Source of the DNA: Candidatus Latescibacterota bacterium | Lineage (GTDB): Bacteria; Krumholzibacteriota; Krumholzibacteriia; WVZY01 | Assembly (NCBI GenBank): GCA_011772205.1 | Contig: WVZY01000076.1 | Location: 114,567 to 178,566, forward strand | Direction of reading: 5' to 3' | Length of the DNA: 64,000 nt | Shown here: positions 1 through 9,973 of the stretch, piece by piece | How the letters are laid out: each line of letters starts with the position of its first letter | Position numbering within the stretch: the stretch's first letter is position 1 | Translations under genes and position numbers: made by a program | The notes under the pieces: model-generated | The model's database searches: none | Told to the model about the DNA's origin: nothing | The model's input: the letters and a program-made list of their open reading frames with translations, nothing else

Positions 1-29
1 TCCGATGATGAGATATGTCTGGAGGCTGA

Positions 30-527
30 TCATTTTCTTCGCACCTCTTTTCTCCCTGCAATGATCGCCCCGATGAGAGCGACGAGAAGGAGCACGGAAG
101 CGATTTCGAATGGGAGAAGATAGCGGGTGAGAAAAGCATTTCCCAGCTCGCCGGTCGTGGGAGTCGGGGGCAGCGGAGCTTTTGTAATCCAATTTGTTTT
201 GACGATGGCGGCAATCAGGATCCCCCCCGACACAATGAGAAGAATCCAGGCGCGGAATGGTTTCAGCGCTTGGTTGGAAATGTTGACCTTCTCGATCTTC
301 TCGGTGAGCATTACGCCGAAAAGTATCAACACGAGTATTCCGCCGATATATACGATGACCTGAGTGGCCGCAACGAAATCAGCCGCCAGGAAAACGTACA
401 GGCCGGCGACGCAGAAAAAGCTCAAGAGGAGCGCGAACGCTGAGTAAACGATGTTTTTGGAAAACGCGACGACTCCGGCTCCGACTGTCGTGCCGACCGC
501 CAAGGCGATGAAGACGATTTCTCCCAT
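30..527 (-). CDS. nuoJ: NADH-quinone oxidoreductase subunit J
   Basis: The translation from the internal Met (MGEIVFIALAVG...) is a multi-TM hydrophobic protein typical of NuoJ/ND6, and it is the last gene of the nuoA-B-C-D-H-I-J order. The longer ORF reaching 629 has an N-terminus (MLARAPPTTRVGQRQR...) that does not look like a protein. Confidence 0.8.
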   Translation of the reverse strand: MGEIVFIALAVGTTVGAGVVAFSKNIVYSAFALLLSFFCVAGLYVFLAADFVAATQVIVYIGGILVLILFGVMLTEKIEKVNISNQALKPFRAWILLIVSGGILIAAIVKTNWITKAPLPPTPTTGELGNAFLTRYLLPFEIASVLLLVALIGAIIAGRKEVRRK

Positions 528-746
528 AATGATTCTATTCCTCGACCCAACTTGCCGCCAGCTGCCCACGGCAGGAAGTGCTCTTTGCCGTTGGCCCACC
601 CGAGTGGTTGGAGGGGCTCGAGCGAGCACTCGAATACCGCGAGGGGTGCGGAATTATTGCTACAACGAGAATTGATGAGAATAAGAAGGCCTGAGAATAG
701 CTTCGGCCAACCATCGTTTCAAGGGGAAACAACTCTCTCGATACGA

Positions 747-1274
747 CTAGCTGCCCTCCGCCCCGGCTTCCTCTTTTTCTTTCTTTTTGGGTTTGGCGGG
801 CTCGATTCGTTCGCCTGGTGGAACAAAACGCCTTACGAGATACTGGACATCGCTCGTGCTGCCTTCGAATTCATTCGTATGTCGGATCGCTCCACCCGGA
901 CATGGATCCACGCACAAACCGCAGTACATACATTTTGCGATATCTATATCGAAACGCGTTATGTAGCGCTTCTTGGTCTCTTTGTCCTTGACGACCTCGA
1001 TCTTGATGCACCCGATGGGACAGGCCCTCTCGCATGCCAGGCAGGCCGTGCAGGTTTTCATATCCAGTTCGAGGATCCCGCGATATCTCTCCGGTAGCGT
1101 ATCCTTGACCGGCTTGGGGGTCCGGTCGGGATACTGAATGGTGATCGGTCGTTGGAGGAGATAACCCAGAGTGACGCTCATCCCTTCCATGATCGAAATG
1201 ATGGCGTTTTTGATGCGTCCGAAATAGGTGCCTCTAAAGCCGGGGACGGCGTCTGTGGATGCTGTGGTTGCCAT
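747..1274 (-). CDS. nuoI: NADH-quinone oxidoreductase subunit I (2x[4Fe-4S] ferredoxin-type)
   Basis: Two CxxCxxCxxxCP motifs (CTACLACERACP and CMYCGLCVDPCP). It sits between nuoH and nuoJ. Confidence 0.9.
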   Translation of the reverse strand: MATTASTDAVPGFRGTYFGRIKNAIISIMEGMSVTLGYLLQRPITIQYPDRTPKPVKDTLPERYRGILELDMKTCTACLACERACPIGCIKIEVVKDKETKKRYITRFDIDIAKCMYCGLCVDPCPGGAIRHTNEFEGSTSDVQYLVRRFVPPGERIEPAKPKKKEKEEAGAEGS

Positions 1275-1289
1275 TCGAAGCTCCTTTTA

Positions 1290-2504
1290 TCATATAAACG
1301 GATTCAGATGGATTTCACTCTTGGCAAGTCGGAAATTCCTTGTGATTTTCATCGCAATGGCGAGTGGAACCATTAGTCCCACAACAAACAAGATGTAGCG
1401 CACGTAACCCAGCACGGGAGCTGCATCGGCCAGAACCATCCAGATAATTGTTCCGACAATGTTTGCAAATGAGAACGGAACGAAATACTTCCAGCAAACG
1501 TCCATCATCTGATCGACCCTGAGTCGTGGCAGCGTCCACCGTATCCAGATGATGACGAATACGAGGAAAAGAGATTTGAGGATGAAAACGAACGTTCCTG
1601 CGACATCCACGGAGCGGTGGAGGAGACCGAACAAATTCGTGTACAGATGCGCCGGCGTATTCCAGCCACCGAGAAACAGCGTCACCGTCAGAGCGGCGAT
1701 AATGTAAAGATTCGCCCACTCGGCAAAGAAGAAGAAAACAAATCGCATTCCGCTGTATTCGGTATTGTATCCCGCGACCAGTTCGCTCTCTGCTTCGGGT
1801 ATATCGAAGGGCGTCCGATTACCCTCGGCAAGGGCGCCGATAAAGAAAATGAAAAATGCGATGAATGTAAATGGATTGTGGAAGGCGAACCACTGCCAGG
1901 GATACGGTCCTTGAGCCCGGATGATGTCCTGCATCCCCAAGCTGCCGGTGAGCAGGATCACAGGAAGAATAGCGAGGCTTACAGGTATTTCATAGCTCAC
2001 GATTTGTGCCGCCGAGCGCATCCCGCCGAGGAGCGACCATTTGTTGTTCGAGCTCCAACCGCTCATCAGTATTCCAACGACAACGAGAGACGATATGGCA
2101 AGGACGTAGAAAATACCGATGTTCAGGTTGCTGATGATGAGGCCGTCGCCGAACGGGACGACGACGAAAACGGCGAACATCCCGGCAAATACGATGTATG
2201 GGGCAAGGAGGAACAGCTTTTTATCGGCGGCAGCGGGGACGAAATCTTCCTTGAGGAAGCATTTCAAGCCGTCGGCGATCCACTGGAGAAATCCCTGAGG
2301 ACCAACCCGGTTCGGCCCGATCCGGGATTGGATTCTTCCTGCGACTCGCCGTTCCACCCAGCTGGTTATTCCTGCGAACAGGGCCACCCAGAACAGCAGC
2401 ATGCAGGTGGCAAAAAAAAGCATGATGATCAGGTCGACGATCACCCGAGGTATCTGCTGAAGAAACGGGAGATTGTACACAATATAATCAGCAAGTCTTT
2501 CCAT
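1290..2504 (-). CDS. nuoH: NADH-quinone oxidoreductase subunit H
   Basis: NuoH/ND1 signatures: VERRVAGRIQSRIGPNRVGPQGFLQ, and the EGNRTPFD and ESELVAGYNTEYSG motifs. Multi-TM protein. Confidence 0.92.
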   Translation of the reverse strand: MERLADYIVYNLPFLQQIPRVIVDLIIMLFFATCMLLFWVALFAGITSWVERRVAGRIQSRIGPNRVGPQGFLQWIADGLKCFLKEDFVPAAADKKLFLLAPYIVFAGMFAVFVVVPFGDGLIISNLNIGIFYVLAISSLVVVGILMSGWSSNNKWSLLGGMRSAAQIVSYEIPVSLAILPVILLTGSLGMQDIIRAQGPYPWQWFAFHNPFTFIAFFIFFIGALAEGNRTPFDIPEAESELVAGYNTEYSGMRFVFFFFAEWANLYIIAALTVTLFLGGWNTPAHLYTNLFGLLHRSVDVAGTFVFILKSLFLVFVIIWIRWTLPRLRVDQMMDVCWKYFVPFSFANIVGTIIWMVLADAAPVLGYVRYILFVVGLMVPLAIAMKITRNFRLAKSEIHLNPFI

Positions 2505-2525
2505 TGAAGCTCCTCACCATGCACT

Positions 2526-3719
2526 TCATCTGTCGATTTCCGGAGCGATAACATCCAGGCTCGAGATGAGCGCCACCATGTCGGCAATCATGATACCTTT
2601 GGAGACTTCCTCCATAATGGCCATCGCGCTGAAGGAACCCGTGCGAATCTTGACCCTCTCGGGATTGAGCCCGCCGTTCGAGACGAGGTAATAACCCATT
2701 TCTCCCCTTGCGCTCTCGCTGCGGACATACACCTCGCCTTTCGGGGGTTTGAGCTGTCTTGGCAGCTTCGACTGAATCTCTCCCTCAGGCATTTTATCGA
2801 GGCATTGGCGGATGATTTTCGATGATTCTCTCATCTCGTCCACCCGCACGATGAAGCGATCGAAACAATCCCCTACTGTTCCGACCTCCCCTTTGCCGAC
2901 GGGAATGTCGAACTCCACTTGCGGGTAGATCGAATAGGGTTCGTCCTTGCGAAGATCCCATTTGACACCGGATGCCCTGAGGTTTGGCCCGACGAGCGCC
3001 CATGCGATCGCTTGTTCTCTAGGGATGATGACGATGTTCGCAAGACGATTGACGAAGATCTCGTTGTATGTAATGAGCCGGTTGAACTCGTCGATGATAG
3101 GCTCGAAGTGATCGAGGAATCGCAATGCTCTATCGCGGAATCCGTCGGGCAGGTCGGATGAAACCCCGCCGATTCGAATGTAGTTGTAGGTGAGCCTGGC
3201 GCCGCAGAGCTCTTCCAAAAGATCGTTGATCGTCTCCCTCTCCCTCAAGAAGTAAGGAAACGGCGTCACCGCGCCAATATCCATCGCCATCACGCCGAGC
3301 ATGATCAGGTGGCTCGAAATCCTGTTGAGCTCGGCGGCGATCACTCTCAGGTACTCGGCCCGTTCGGGTACTTGATAGCCGCCCAGCTTCTCGACGGTCA
3401 GTGCCCAGGCGAAATTCGAGTTCATTGCTGCAACGTAGTCCACTCGGTCGGTGTAAGGCATGAAACCGTGGTAGGTGACCTTTTCGGCGATTTTTTCAAT
3501 GCTCCGGTGCAGATAGCCCACGTCGGGCTTGACGCTATGGATCACTTCACCATCGCTGGTAAGCTGAAACCGAAGAACGCCGTGCGTGCTTGGGTGCTGC
3601 GGACCCATATTCAGGGTCATTTCTTCGGTGATGAACTCAGTCACTCTGTTTCTCCTTCTCCGGAGCGTCCGCCAGCGGTAATACATCCATCGGTTCGTTG
3701 CGCGATGTCCCCATTCCAT
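2526..3719 (-). CDS. nuoD: NADH-quinone oxidoreductase subunit D (49 kDa)
   Basis: [17 protein letters not shown] motif, then a conserved NuoD body. The start is uncertain: the longest ORF overlaps the nuoC 3' end by about 80 nt. Alternative starts are at about 3686 or a GTG at about 3644. Confidence 0.85.
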   Translation of the reverse strand: MEWGHRATNRWMYYRWRTLRRRRNRVTEFITEEMTLNMGPQHPSTHGVLRFQLTSDGEVIHSVKPDVGYLHRSIEKIAEKVTYHGFMPYTDRVDYVAAMNSNFAWALTVEKLGGYQVPERAEYLRVIAAELNRISSHLIMLGVMAMDIGAVTPFPYFLRERETINDLLEELCGARLTYNYIRIGGVSSDLPDGFRDRALRFLDHFEPIIDEFNRLITYNEIFVNRLANIVIIPREQAIAWALVGPNLRASGVKWDLRKDEPYSIYPQVEFDIPVGKGEVGTVGDCFDRFIVRVDEMRESSKIIRQCLDKMPEGEIQSKLPRQLKPPKGEVYVRSESARGEMGYYLVSNGGLNPERVKIRTGSFSAMAIMEEVSKGIMIADMVALISSLDVIAPEIDR

Positions 3720-4173
3720 GGTATTCTTCCTGTTCTACCCAGTCTTTTCTGAGTGGATGCCCCACCCAATCATCAGGAAGCATGATACGCCGCAGATCAT
3801 TGTGGCCCATAAAGTTGATTCCCATCAAATCATACGCCTCTCTCTCGAACCAGCCGGCGCCGGGCCACACTGTTTGGACAGTCGGCACATCGGGCGCCCC
3901 CCTGGGGACGCGAACTTTTAGGACGGAGTAATGCCGGTGCTCGTAGGAGAAGAGGTGATAGACCACCGTGAGGATTTCTCCCTCGTCCACGCTGCTCAGA
4001 TTGGACAGCGCATCTAAGCGGAGGTCGGGATCGTCTCTCAAGAAACGGCAAATACCGGCGGTCCTTTCCGCCGGAATGACGAGATAGGGATGGTCCGTAT
4101 TTTCTTCGATCAATTCGAAAGCGACGCCGGGAAATTCCGCCATCACCTTTTCGAGAATATTTTTTTCGTTCAT
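3637..4173 (-). CDS. nuoC: NADH-quinone oxidoreductase subunit C (30 kDa)
   Basis: NuoC-family sequence (…[12 protein letters not shown]…GHP…LRKD…) placed between nuoB and nuoD. Confidence 0.88.
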   Translation of the reverse strand: MNEKNILEKVMAEFPGVAFELIEENTDHPYLVIPAERTAGICRFLRDDPDLRLDALSNLSSVDEGEILTVVYHLFSYEHRHYSVLKVRVPRGAPDVPTVQTVWPGAGWFEREAYDLMGINFMGHNDLRRIMLPDDWVGHPLRKDWVEQEEYHGMGTSRNEPMDVLPLADAPEKEKQSD

Positions 4174-4195
4174 ATCGCTAATAGAGTATGTGCGC

Positions 4196-4717
4196 TCAAG
4201 TGATGATCTTCGTGTCCTCGTGCTTCTGTCTGAGCGGCCTGGACCTCTTTATTTGCCGCTGGACGTGTATGAGAGCCTCTGTCAACGCTTCGGGCCTTGG
4301 AGGGCAGCCCGGCAGGTAGACATCGACGGGTATGATTTTGTCGACGCCTTTGAGCACCGAATAACCGGGTGAAAACAGCCCCCCGCAGGTCGCGCAGCTG
4401 CCCATTGCTATGACAAACTTGGGTTCGGTCATCTGTTCGTAGAGCAGTTTCGTCCGGATCGCCATCTTATATGTCAATGTTCCGGCAACGAGCATGAGAT
4501 CGGACTGCCTCGGTGTCGGCCTCGGAACCGCACCAAACCGATCGAGGTCCGCCCGGGGTCCACCTGTCTGCATCATTTCGATGGCGCAGCAGGCAAGGCC
4601 GAAAAGCATGTACCAAAGGGAGTTGGCTCTACCCCAGTTCAATACGTCGTCGACCCGGGTGGTGATGACGGTTGCTCCCGGTTCTCCGCTGGGGACCAAT
4701 GACATTGGCTTATACAT
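4196..4717 (-). CDS. nuoB: NADH-quinone oxidoreductase subunit B (20 kDa, [4Fe-4S])
   Basis: NuoB signatures: [19 protein letters not shown] and [10 protein letters not shown] chose the start at [11 protein letters not shown], with a short overlap onto the nuoA stop. The longest ORF would overlap nuoA by 74 nt. Confidence 0.88.
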   Translation of the reverse strand: MYKPMSLVPSGEPGATVITTRVDDVLNWGRANSLWYMLFGLACCAIEMMQTGGPRADLDRFGAVPRPTPRQSDLMLVAGTLTYKMAIRTKLLYEQMTEPKFVIAMGSCATCGGLFSPGYSVLKGVDKIIPVDVYLPGCPPRPEALTEALIHVQRQIKRSRPLRQKHEDTKIIT

Positions 4718-5120
4718 CTTTCGCTCCTCTAGCCTCGCTCGGTGTCGGTTTGATCCAATCGAGGTCGCCTTTGGCCCACGCATAAATAAGCCCTACAAAC
4801 AGGATGAGCACGAAAACGAGGATCTCGACGAGGGCCACCATACCCAGTTTCTGCGCAATCCAATTGCGGAAAACCACCGCAACGGGAAAAATGAAAACGA
4901 CCTCGACTTCGAAGATTAGAAAGATCAGAGCGATCAAAAAGAAGCGGGAGTTGTAGTTGATCCAAGCGGATCCAACGGGCTCTTCGCCGCATTCGTAGGT
5001 TGTGCTCTTGACCGAATCATAGCTGGATGGCCGGAAGAGCCGCCCGATGAATAGGACGACTCCGACGAAAGCCATGCCGACGAGCAGGAAAACGATAACG
5101 TTGGCGAACTGGAAATACAT
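4710..5120 (-). CDS. nuoA: NADH-quinone oxidoreductase subunit A
   Basis: Three-TM small protein with the YECGEEP motif; first gene of the operon. Confidence 0.88.
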   Translation of the reverse strand: MYFQFANVIVFLLVGMAFVGVVLFIGRLFRPSSYDSVKSTTYECGEEPVGSAWINYNSRFFLIALIFLIFEVEVVFIFPVAVVFRNWIAQKLGMVALVEILVFVLILFVGLIYAWAKGDLDWIKPTPSEARGAKDV

Positions 5121-5331
5121 AGTTCACATGCGGCATTCGCCGCGATTACCCTTTCGTGAATGATCCCATACAGTCGGCAGATAATTTGACCGGCATGCGG
5201 CATTGATATCGTTGCAATATACACCAGGCGGGGGGGCGAATAAAGTAAAAAATTCACAATTTGGAGAGAACAGAGGTCCTGTAACCCCTTATTCACAAAA
5301 AAGATGAGACATATCAAATGAGATGTGCCGA

Positions 5332-5985
5332 TCAGTAATCCAGAAGGACTTCGACACCTTCGAGCGCATGGACGCTTTCCACGAAGGAGGTGTGTTTTGC
5401 TTCCGGGCCGATGTACTCCATGTCGATCAGGATGGCATTTGCGTCTCTCTCGAGAGAGATGTTCTCGGGTGCAACCCGGTGCTCCGAGATAATGCTCTTG
5501 AACTGCTGCATGGCCCCCCGCGTCGCCTCAATCCGGAACCTGAGGAAATGGAGCCGCTGCGTCACCTCGAGTCGTCTCTCGAAGCGGCCGAGGGCAGTTA
5601 GGGTGAGAATGATGAGGAATGCTGCCACAACCGCTAATAGAAAGTCACCGTGGCCGATCACGAGACCCAGCGCTGCAACGAACCATAACGTTGCGGCGGT
5701 GGTCAGACCTGCTACAGAGACGCGTGATCGTATGATCGTCCCCGCTCCGAGAAAACCGATCCCCGTCACTACCTGGGCGGCGATCCTCCCCGGGTCAGCC
5801 GTGCTGCCTCCAGCGCGGGCAACTTCGGTGGAGAGAATCATGAGGAGACAGGAACCGAGGCACATGAGCATGTTGGTTCTCATGCCCGCCGGTTTCCCTT
5901 TTGTCTCCCGCTCGACTCCGATCAGCCCCCCTATGACGAGCGCGAAGATCAGGCGGAAAATATATTGGGAGAATACGGGGTCCAT
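5332..5985 (-). CDS. MgtC/SapB family membrane protein
   Basis: MgtC-family N-terminal motif (GGLIGVERETKGKPAGMRTNMLMCLGSCL), four TMs, and a C-terminal soluble domain. Confidence 0.75.
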   Translation of the reverse strand: MDPVFSQYIFRLIFALVIGGLIGVERETKGKPAGMRTNMLMCLGSCLLMILSTEVARAGGSTADPGRIAAQVVTGIGFLGAGTIIRSRVSVAGLTTAATLWFVAALGLVIGHGDFLLAVVAAFLIILTLTALGRFERRLEVTQRLHFLRFRIEATRGAMQQFKSIISEHRVAPENISLERDANAILIDMEYIGPEAKHTSFVESVHALEGVEVLLDY

Positions 5986-6080
5986 GCCGGGAATGATCGG
6001 CCTGGGCCGTACGCATTGTCAAGGAAATGTATCGGGCGTCCCAGGCAGCGGTGTTTCGGAGGCTTTGTGCAGAACTCCCC

Positions 6081-6109
6081 TTGCAATTCAGGAATAACGG
6101 TGATAAATT
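6081..6109 (+). promoter_or_regulatory. candidate sigma70-type promoter for guaB
   Basis: TTGCAA, a 17-nt spacer, then TAAATT, about 35 nt upstream of the guaB ATG. A GGGGG ribosome-binding site precedes the start. Confidence 0.35.
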
Positions 6110-6141
6110 TCACAAATTAAGCCAAAAATTGGGGGTTCTTC

Positions 6142-7623
6142 ATGCCTGAGAAGATATTGGGAATGGGTATTACGTTTGACGATGTGCTTCTGATTCCTGG
6201 CAAATCGTCCGTTCAGCCATCGGAAGTGAACGTCAGCACACGACTTACAAAGGACATTGCACTCAATATTCCAATTGTCTCCGCTGCAATGGATACTGTC
6301 ACAGAAGCGGAATTTGCCATCGCGCTCGCCCGGGAAGGTGGGATTGGGATCATCCACAGAAACATGAGCCCTGAGGCTCAGGCGGGGCAGGTGGATATGG
6401 TGAAGCGCAGCGAGAGCGGAGTCGTCAGCAATCCCATCACACTGGGACCGGACCAGCTTGTGAGAGACGCCAGGGCGGTGATGCGAAAATACAACATCTC
6501 AGGTGTTCCGATTACGGATATGGGGATACTCGTCGGTATGCTCACTACTCGGGACTTGCGCTTCGTCGAGGACGATTCGGTTCCCATTAGAGAATTGATG
6601 ACATCCGAAGGGCTCATAACCGCCGCGGAGGGAATCTCGATGGAGGAAGCAAAAAGAATCCTCCACGAGCACAGGATCGAAAAGCTGCCGGTCGTTGATT
6701 CGAAAAAGAGAATGAAAGGCCTCATTACGTTCAAAGACATAAAAAAGAGCACGGATTATCCGAACGCGTGCAAGGATGAGGAAGGCAGGCTTCGAGTAGG
6801 CGCTGCTGTGGGTGTTGGAAAAGACGCAGCACGGCGCGTGGATCTCCTCGTCGAGAGTCATGTAGATGTGATCGCGATCGACACGGCCCATGGGCATTCG
6901 GAAAATGTGATCGACACACTAACGAAAGTCAAGACACGGCACAGAAACCTTCAGGTAATTGCGGGAAACATTGCAACAGCAGCTGCGGCGAGAGATCTCA
7001 TCAAAGCGGGCGCGGACGGAATCAAGGTCGGCGTGGGGCCGGGAGCGATCTGCACGACGCGGGTGATTGCAGGCATCGGGGTTCCTCAGATCACCGCTAT
7101 CATGGAATGTGCCGCCGTTGCTGGAAAAGTTGGGGTGCCGCTCATCGCCGACGGAGGCGTGAAATACAGCGGGGACATCGTCAAGGCAATCGCTGCCGGT
7201 GGGGATACGGTAATGATTGGAAGCCTGTTCGCAGGCGCCGACGAGACGCCGGGAGAAATCGTCCTTTATGAGGGCCGGAGCTTCAAGATTTATCGTGGAA
7301 TGGGATCTGTGGAGGCGATGAGGCAGGGAAGCCGGGATCGTTACGCACAGGAGGATGTGGCGGAAGAGACCAAGCTTGTCGCAGAGGGAATCGAGGGACG
7401 AGTACCCTACAAAGGAAAGCTCTCGGAATCCGTGTTCCAGCTCGTCGGTGGATTGCGTGCCGGTATGGGATATTGCGGAGTCCGGACCATAGATGAGCTC
7501 AAAAGGAAAGGCAGCTTCATCCAGGTCACTGCGGCTGGGCTTAGAGAAAGCCATCCGCATGATGTCATTATCACCAAAGAAGCCCCTAACTATCGTCTCA
7601 GCCAGATCGACAATCGTCGCTAG
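6142..7623 (+). CDS. guaB: IMP dehydrogenase
   Basis: IMPDH N-terminus ([16 protein letters not shown]), a CBS pair, the catalytic loop [20 protein letters not shown], and GSLFAG. Confidence 0.95.
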   Translation: MPEKILGMGITFDDVLLIPGKSSVQPSEVNVSTRLTKDIALNIPIVSAAMDTVTEAEFAIALAREGGIGIIHRNMSPEAQAGQVDMVKRSESGVVSNPITLGPDQLVRDARAVMRKYNISGVPITDMGILVGMLTTRDLRFVEDDSVPIRELMTSEGLITAAEGISMEEAKRILHEHRIEKLPVVDSKKRMKGLITFKDIKKSTDYPNACKDEEGRLRVGAAVGVGKDAARRVDLLVESHVDVIAIDTAHGHSENVIDTLTKVKTRHRNLQVIAGNIATAAAARDLIKAGADGIKVGVGPGAICTTRVIAGIGVPQITAIMECAAVAGKVGVPLIADGGVKYSGDIVKAIAAGGDTVMIGSLFAGADETPGEIVLYEGRSFKIYRGMGSVEAMRQGSRDRYAQEDVAEETKLVAEGIEGRVPYKGKLSESVFQLVGGLRAGMGYCGVRTIDELKRKGSFIQVTAAGLRESHPHDVIITKEAPNYRLSQIDNRR

Positions 7624-7711
7624 AGAGATTTATTGCCCTCCGGTATTCCCCTGGATTGGGAAAGCAATCTCAACCAGCCGGAACGAATGAACCAAAACTC
7701 ATCTGTCCACC

Positions 7712-8575
7712 ATGACGTGGCACGGCCAAATCAACCGAACCCTCTGGGAGATTGAAGCTCTTCTCGAAAAGGATCCGAAGCGCTTCGTCCTGCGGCGAGA
7801 ACTGCTTCGGACTCATTTTCTCCAACGTTACGAGTTCGATCGGAACCTTCATATTCCGAGAGATGATCGCTCGTTCCTTTTTCTGCAACAGGAGCCCGCG
7901 GCTGTCTGCTTGCTGTTCCACGGCGGCAACGGCACACCGGCGGAAATGAGGGATCTCGGCAATTGTCTGTACGCGAAAGGCTATACAGCTTATTGTCCGC
8001 GATTTTTCAGGATGGATTCCAAAGACCGGATGGTTTCCTGGGAATCGTGGTTGACGTATGCCCAAAACGCTCTTCAGGTCTCCAGGCGATACTCGGAAGA
8101 AGTATATATCATCGGACTGAGCATTGGCGGAACGCTCGCTTTGATATTGAACAAAATGCACGAGGTGAACGCTTTCGTGCTCCTCTCTCCCGCACTTTTC
8201 CCCCGGTACACCATGAAGGAACGGGCAGCCGAAGTGGGGAGGCGTGTTGCACCGACGTTTTTTTATCGAGTAGCCGGCTGGAACGGCGAACTCGCCAAAG
8301 CGATGGAACACGCTAGAGAACATCCGGCGGAAGTCAGAGCACCCATGTTAGTGCTCCAGGCAAGGGACGATAAAAGGCTATCCACCCGCGGGCTAAAATT
8401 TCTCCGGCGTTTGGCTGTACATCCGATGAGCCAGGTCAGGCTCCTGCCATTTGGATCGCACATTCTCACTCGCGGCAAAGCAAGGGAAGAAGCCTTTGAG
8501 CGGATAAGCGATTTCCTGCAGGCGGTTCAGTCTCAAGGAAACCACCGAACGGGGACCGGCAGGCGATCTTCGTAA
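7712..8575 (+). CDS. alpha/beta-fold hydrolase (esterase/lipase family)
   Basis: HGG oxyanion motif (LLFHGGNG) and a GxSxG nucleophile elbow (GLSIGG). About 287 aa. Confidence 0.65.
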   Translation: MTWHGQINRTLWEIEALLEKDPKRFVLRRELLRTHFLQRYEFDRNLHIPRDDRSFLFLQQEPAAVCLLFHGGNGTPAEMRDLGNCLYAKGYTAYCPRFFRMDSKDRMVSWESWLTYAQNALQVSRRYSEEVYIIGLSIGGTLALILNKMHEVNAFVLLSPALFPRYTMKERAAEVGRRVAPTFFYRVAGWNGELAKAMEHAREHPAEVRAPMLVLQARDDKRLSTRGLKFLRRLAVHPMSQVRLLPFGSHILTRGKAREEAFERISDFLQAVQSQGNHRTGTGRRSS

Positions 8576-8725
8576 GGGTGCTGGGTGATGGGGATTCCTC
8601 ACCTGCGCTCACTATGAAGAATGACGGATCAAGACGCGCTAGCGGAGGCGACTCCCTTTTGGACGCGAGGCTTTATGGCTCAATCCAGGTGTTTTTTGAG
8701 TGGGATTAAATAGTGCAAGGATCGA

Positions 8726-9490
8726 TTAATCGTCGATCTTGAAATAGAACGACTCATCGATTAGCTGAATGGCTTTGACGAGTTTTTCGAGCTCGATTCT
8801 CAGCTCGGGATCTTTGGATTTCCGGTACGCCGAGTAAAGATCGAGGAAGCGATCGCGGAGTTCTTTGAGCTCTTCGCTTTCTTGGTACTTGTCGATTGAT
8901 CTTTCAAGGTGATAGATGTCTCCGTTTCCCAACCTCTCTAGTATGTTGAAGTATTCGCCCCGCATGTGGCTGAGGATCTCCACGTAGTTTTCGAATCCCC
9001 GGGATAGCTTTTCGAGAACCTCACTGATCGCCGTCGGTTTCCGGAACATCGACTGGCTGTAAGAATAGGCAAACTGATAATATGCTTTTCCTTTCCCCAT
9101 GTGGGCTTCTTCCGTGTGTTTGAACAGCGGTGAAGAAACGCCCCTGCCATCTGGATTTCGAAAGATGCCAATTGATATGAGAAGAAAATCTGCATTGGTC
9201 TTGTAAATAGTGTATTTCAGCCGAACATCCGACGAGTCCTTTATCTTTTCGAACAGGCTCTGGTCATAAGGGGAGAGGTATTTTTTCGCCCTGCGGTGAT
9301 ATTCGGGATTCATGAACGAGCACAACAAGTTTGCGAGATATACGTTTACGTCTTCATCGTAGAAATCATGATTTGAAGGATAGCCTGTCTCCATCCGGCT
9401 GTAGAGGAGACAGTTCATCATGAAGAAGAAATCGGGTTCGATCTCTCTTTTGCTGTTCGATCCAAAGTTGATGTGAGATTCGAGTTCCAC
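8726..9490 (-). CDS. hypothetical protein (AT-rich, compositionally atypical orphan)
   Basis: Long ORF (254 aa) with a clearly lower GC than its neighbours and codons rich in K, E, Y, F, N and I. I recognise no family. Confidence 0.5.
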   Translation of the reverse strand: MELESHINFGSNSKREIEPDFFFMMNCLLYSRMETGYPSNHDFYDEDVNVYLANLLCSFMNPEYHRRAKKYLSPYDQSLFEKIKDSSDVRLKYTIYKTNADFLLISIGIFRNPDGRGVSSPLFKHTEEAHMGKGKAYYQFAYSYSQSMFRKPTAISEVLEKLSRGFENYVEILSHMRGEYFNILERLGNGDIYHLERSIDKYQESEELKELRDRFLDLYSAYRKSKDPELRIELEKLVKAIQLIDESFYFKIDD

Positions 9491-9810
9491 TGGTGTCTTT
9501 CTGTTGATGATAAGTGTTCATTCCCCCAATTCTTTGACCACGAAAAACAGCAAGCATTATGCCACCACGCAGTATCTGCTGTTTCTGCAGGTAATCTTGG
9601 GGACCACTCCCTTTCGCTGATTTCCAGTCCCTGAGGCTGATCTGGGACCCCTGCCTAAAATTTGATCGTGGAGAAATTATCGAAAAAGGCGGAGTGGAGA
9701 GCAGATGTGCTGCAAGCTACATTATATAATTGTGAATTATTATGATATAGCAAATCCAAAAGGCGTTTAGAGTGCCCATCAAATCTGATTAATTAAGATC
9801 GCTTTGGTAT

Positions 9811-9838
9811 TTTCAACCTTCGAAAAATCCGCTATAAT
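9811..9838 (+). promoter_or_regulatory. candidate promoter with a perfect TATAAT -10 upstream of the C-N hydrolase gene
   Basis: TTTCAA, a 16-nt spacer, then TATAAT. It would produce a leader of about 130 nt containing two GC-rich hairpins (CCAGC…GCTGG and CGCGCC…GGCGCG). Confidence 0.35.
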
Positions 9839-9973
9839 GAAGCTCGTGAAACCGCCCAAAGGCGCTTAACTCCTTTAGAGAGTGCTAGTTTCTCAGCCTG
9901 CTTTGCACCAGCCCTCTTTACTGCTGGGTCGCCGCGCCAAAAATGGAAGGCGCGCCATAACAGGGGGTGAACA

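Noticed and set aside
1617-2507. 296-aa plus-strand ORF antisense to nuoH. Similar long antisense ORFs occur at 25041–26468 (opposite ftsH), 7670–8323 (opposite the hydrolase) and 16115–16717 (opposite the STAS-GAF-HD-GYP gene).
   Set aside because: These are shadow ORFs, as expected in GC-rich DNA. The opposite strand in each case encodes a protein with unmistakable conserved motifs, and the antisense translations are low-complexity and R/P/S-rich.
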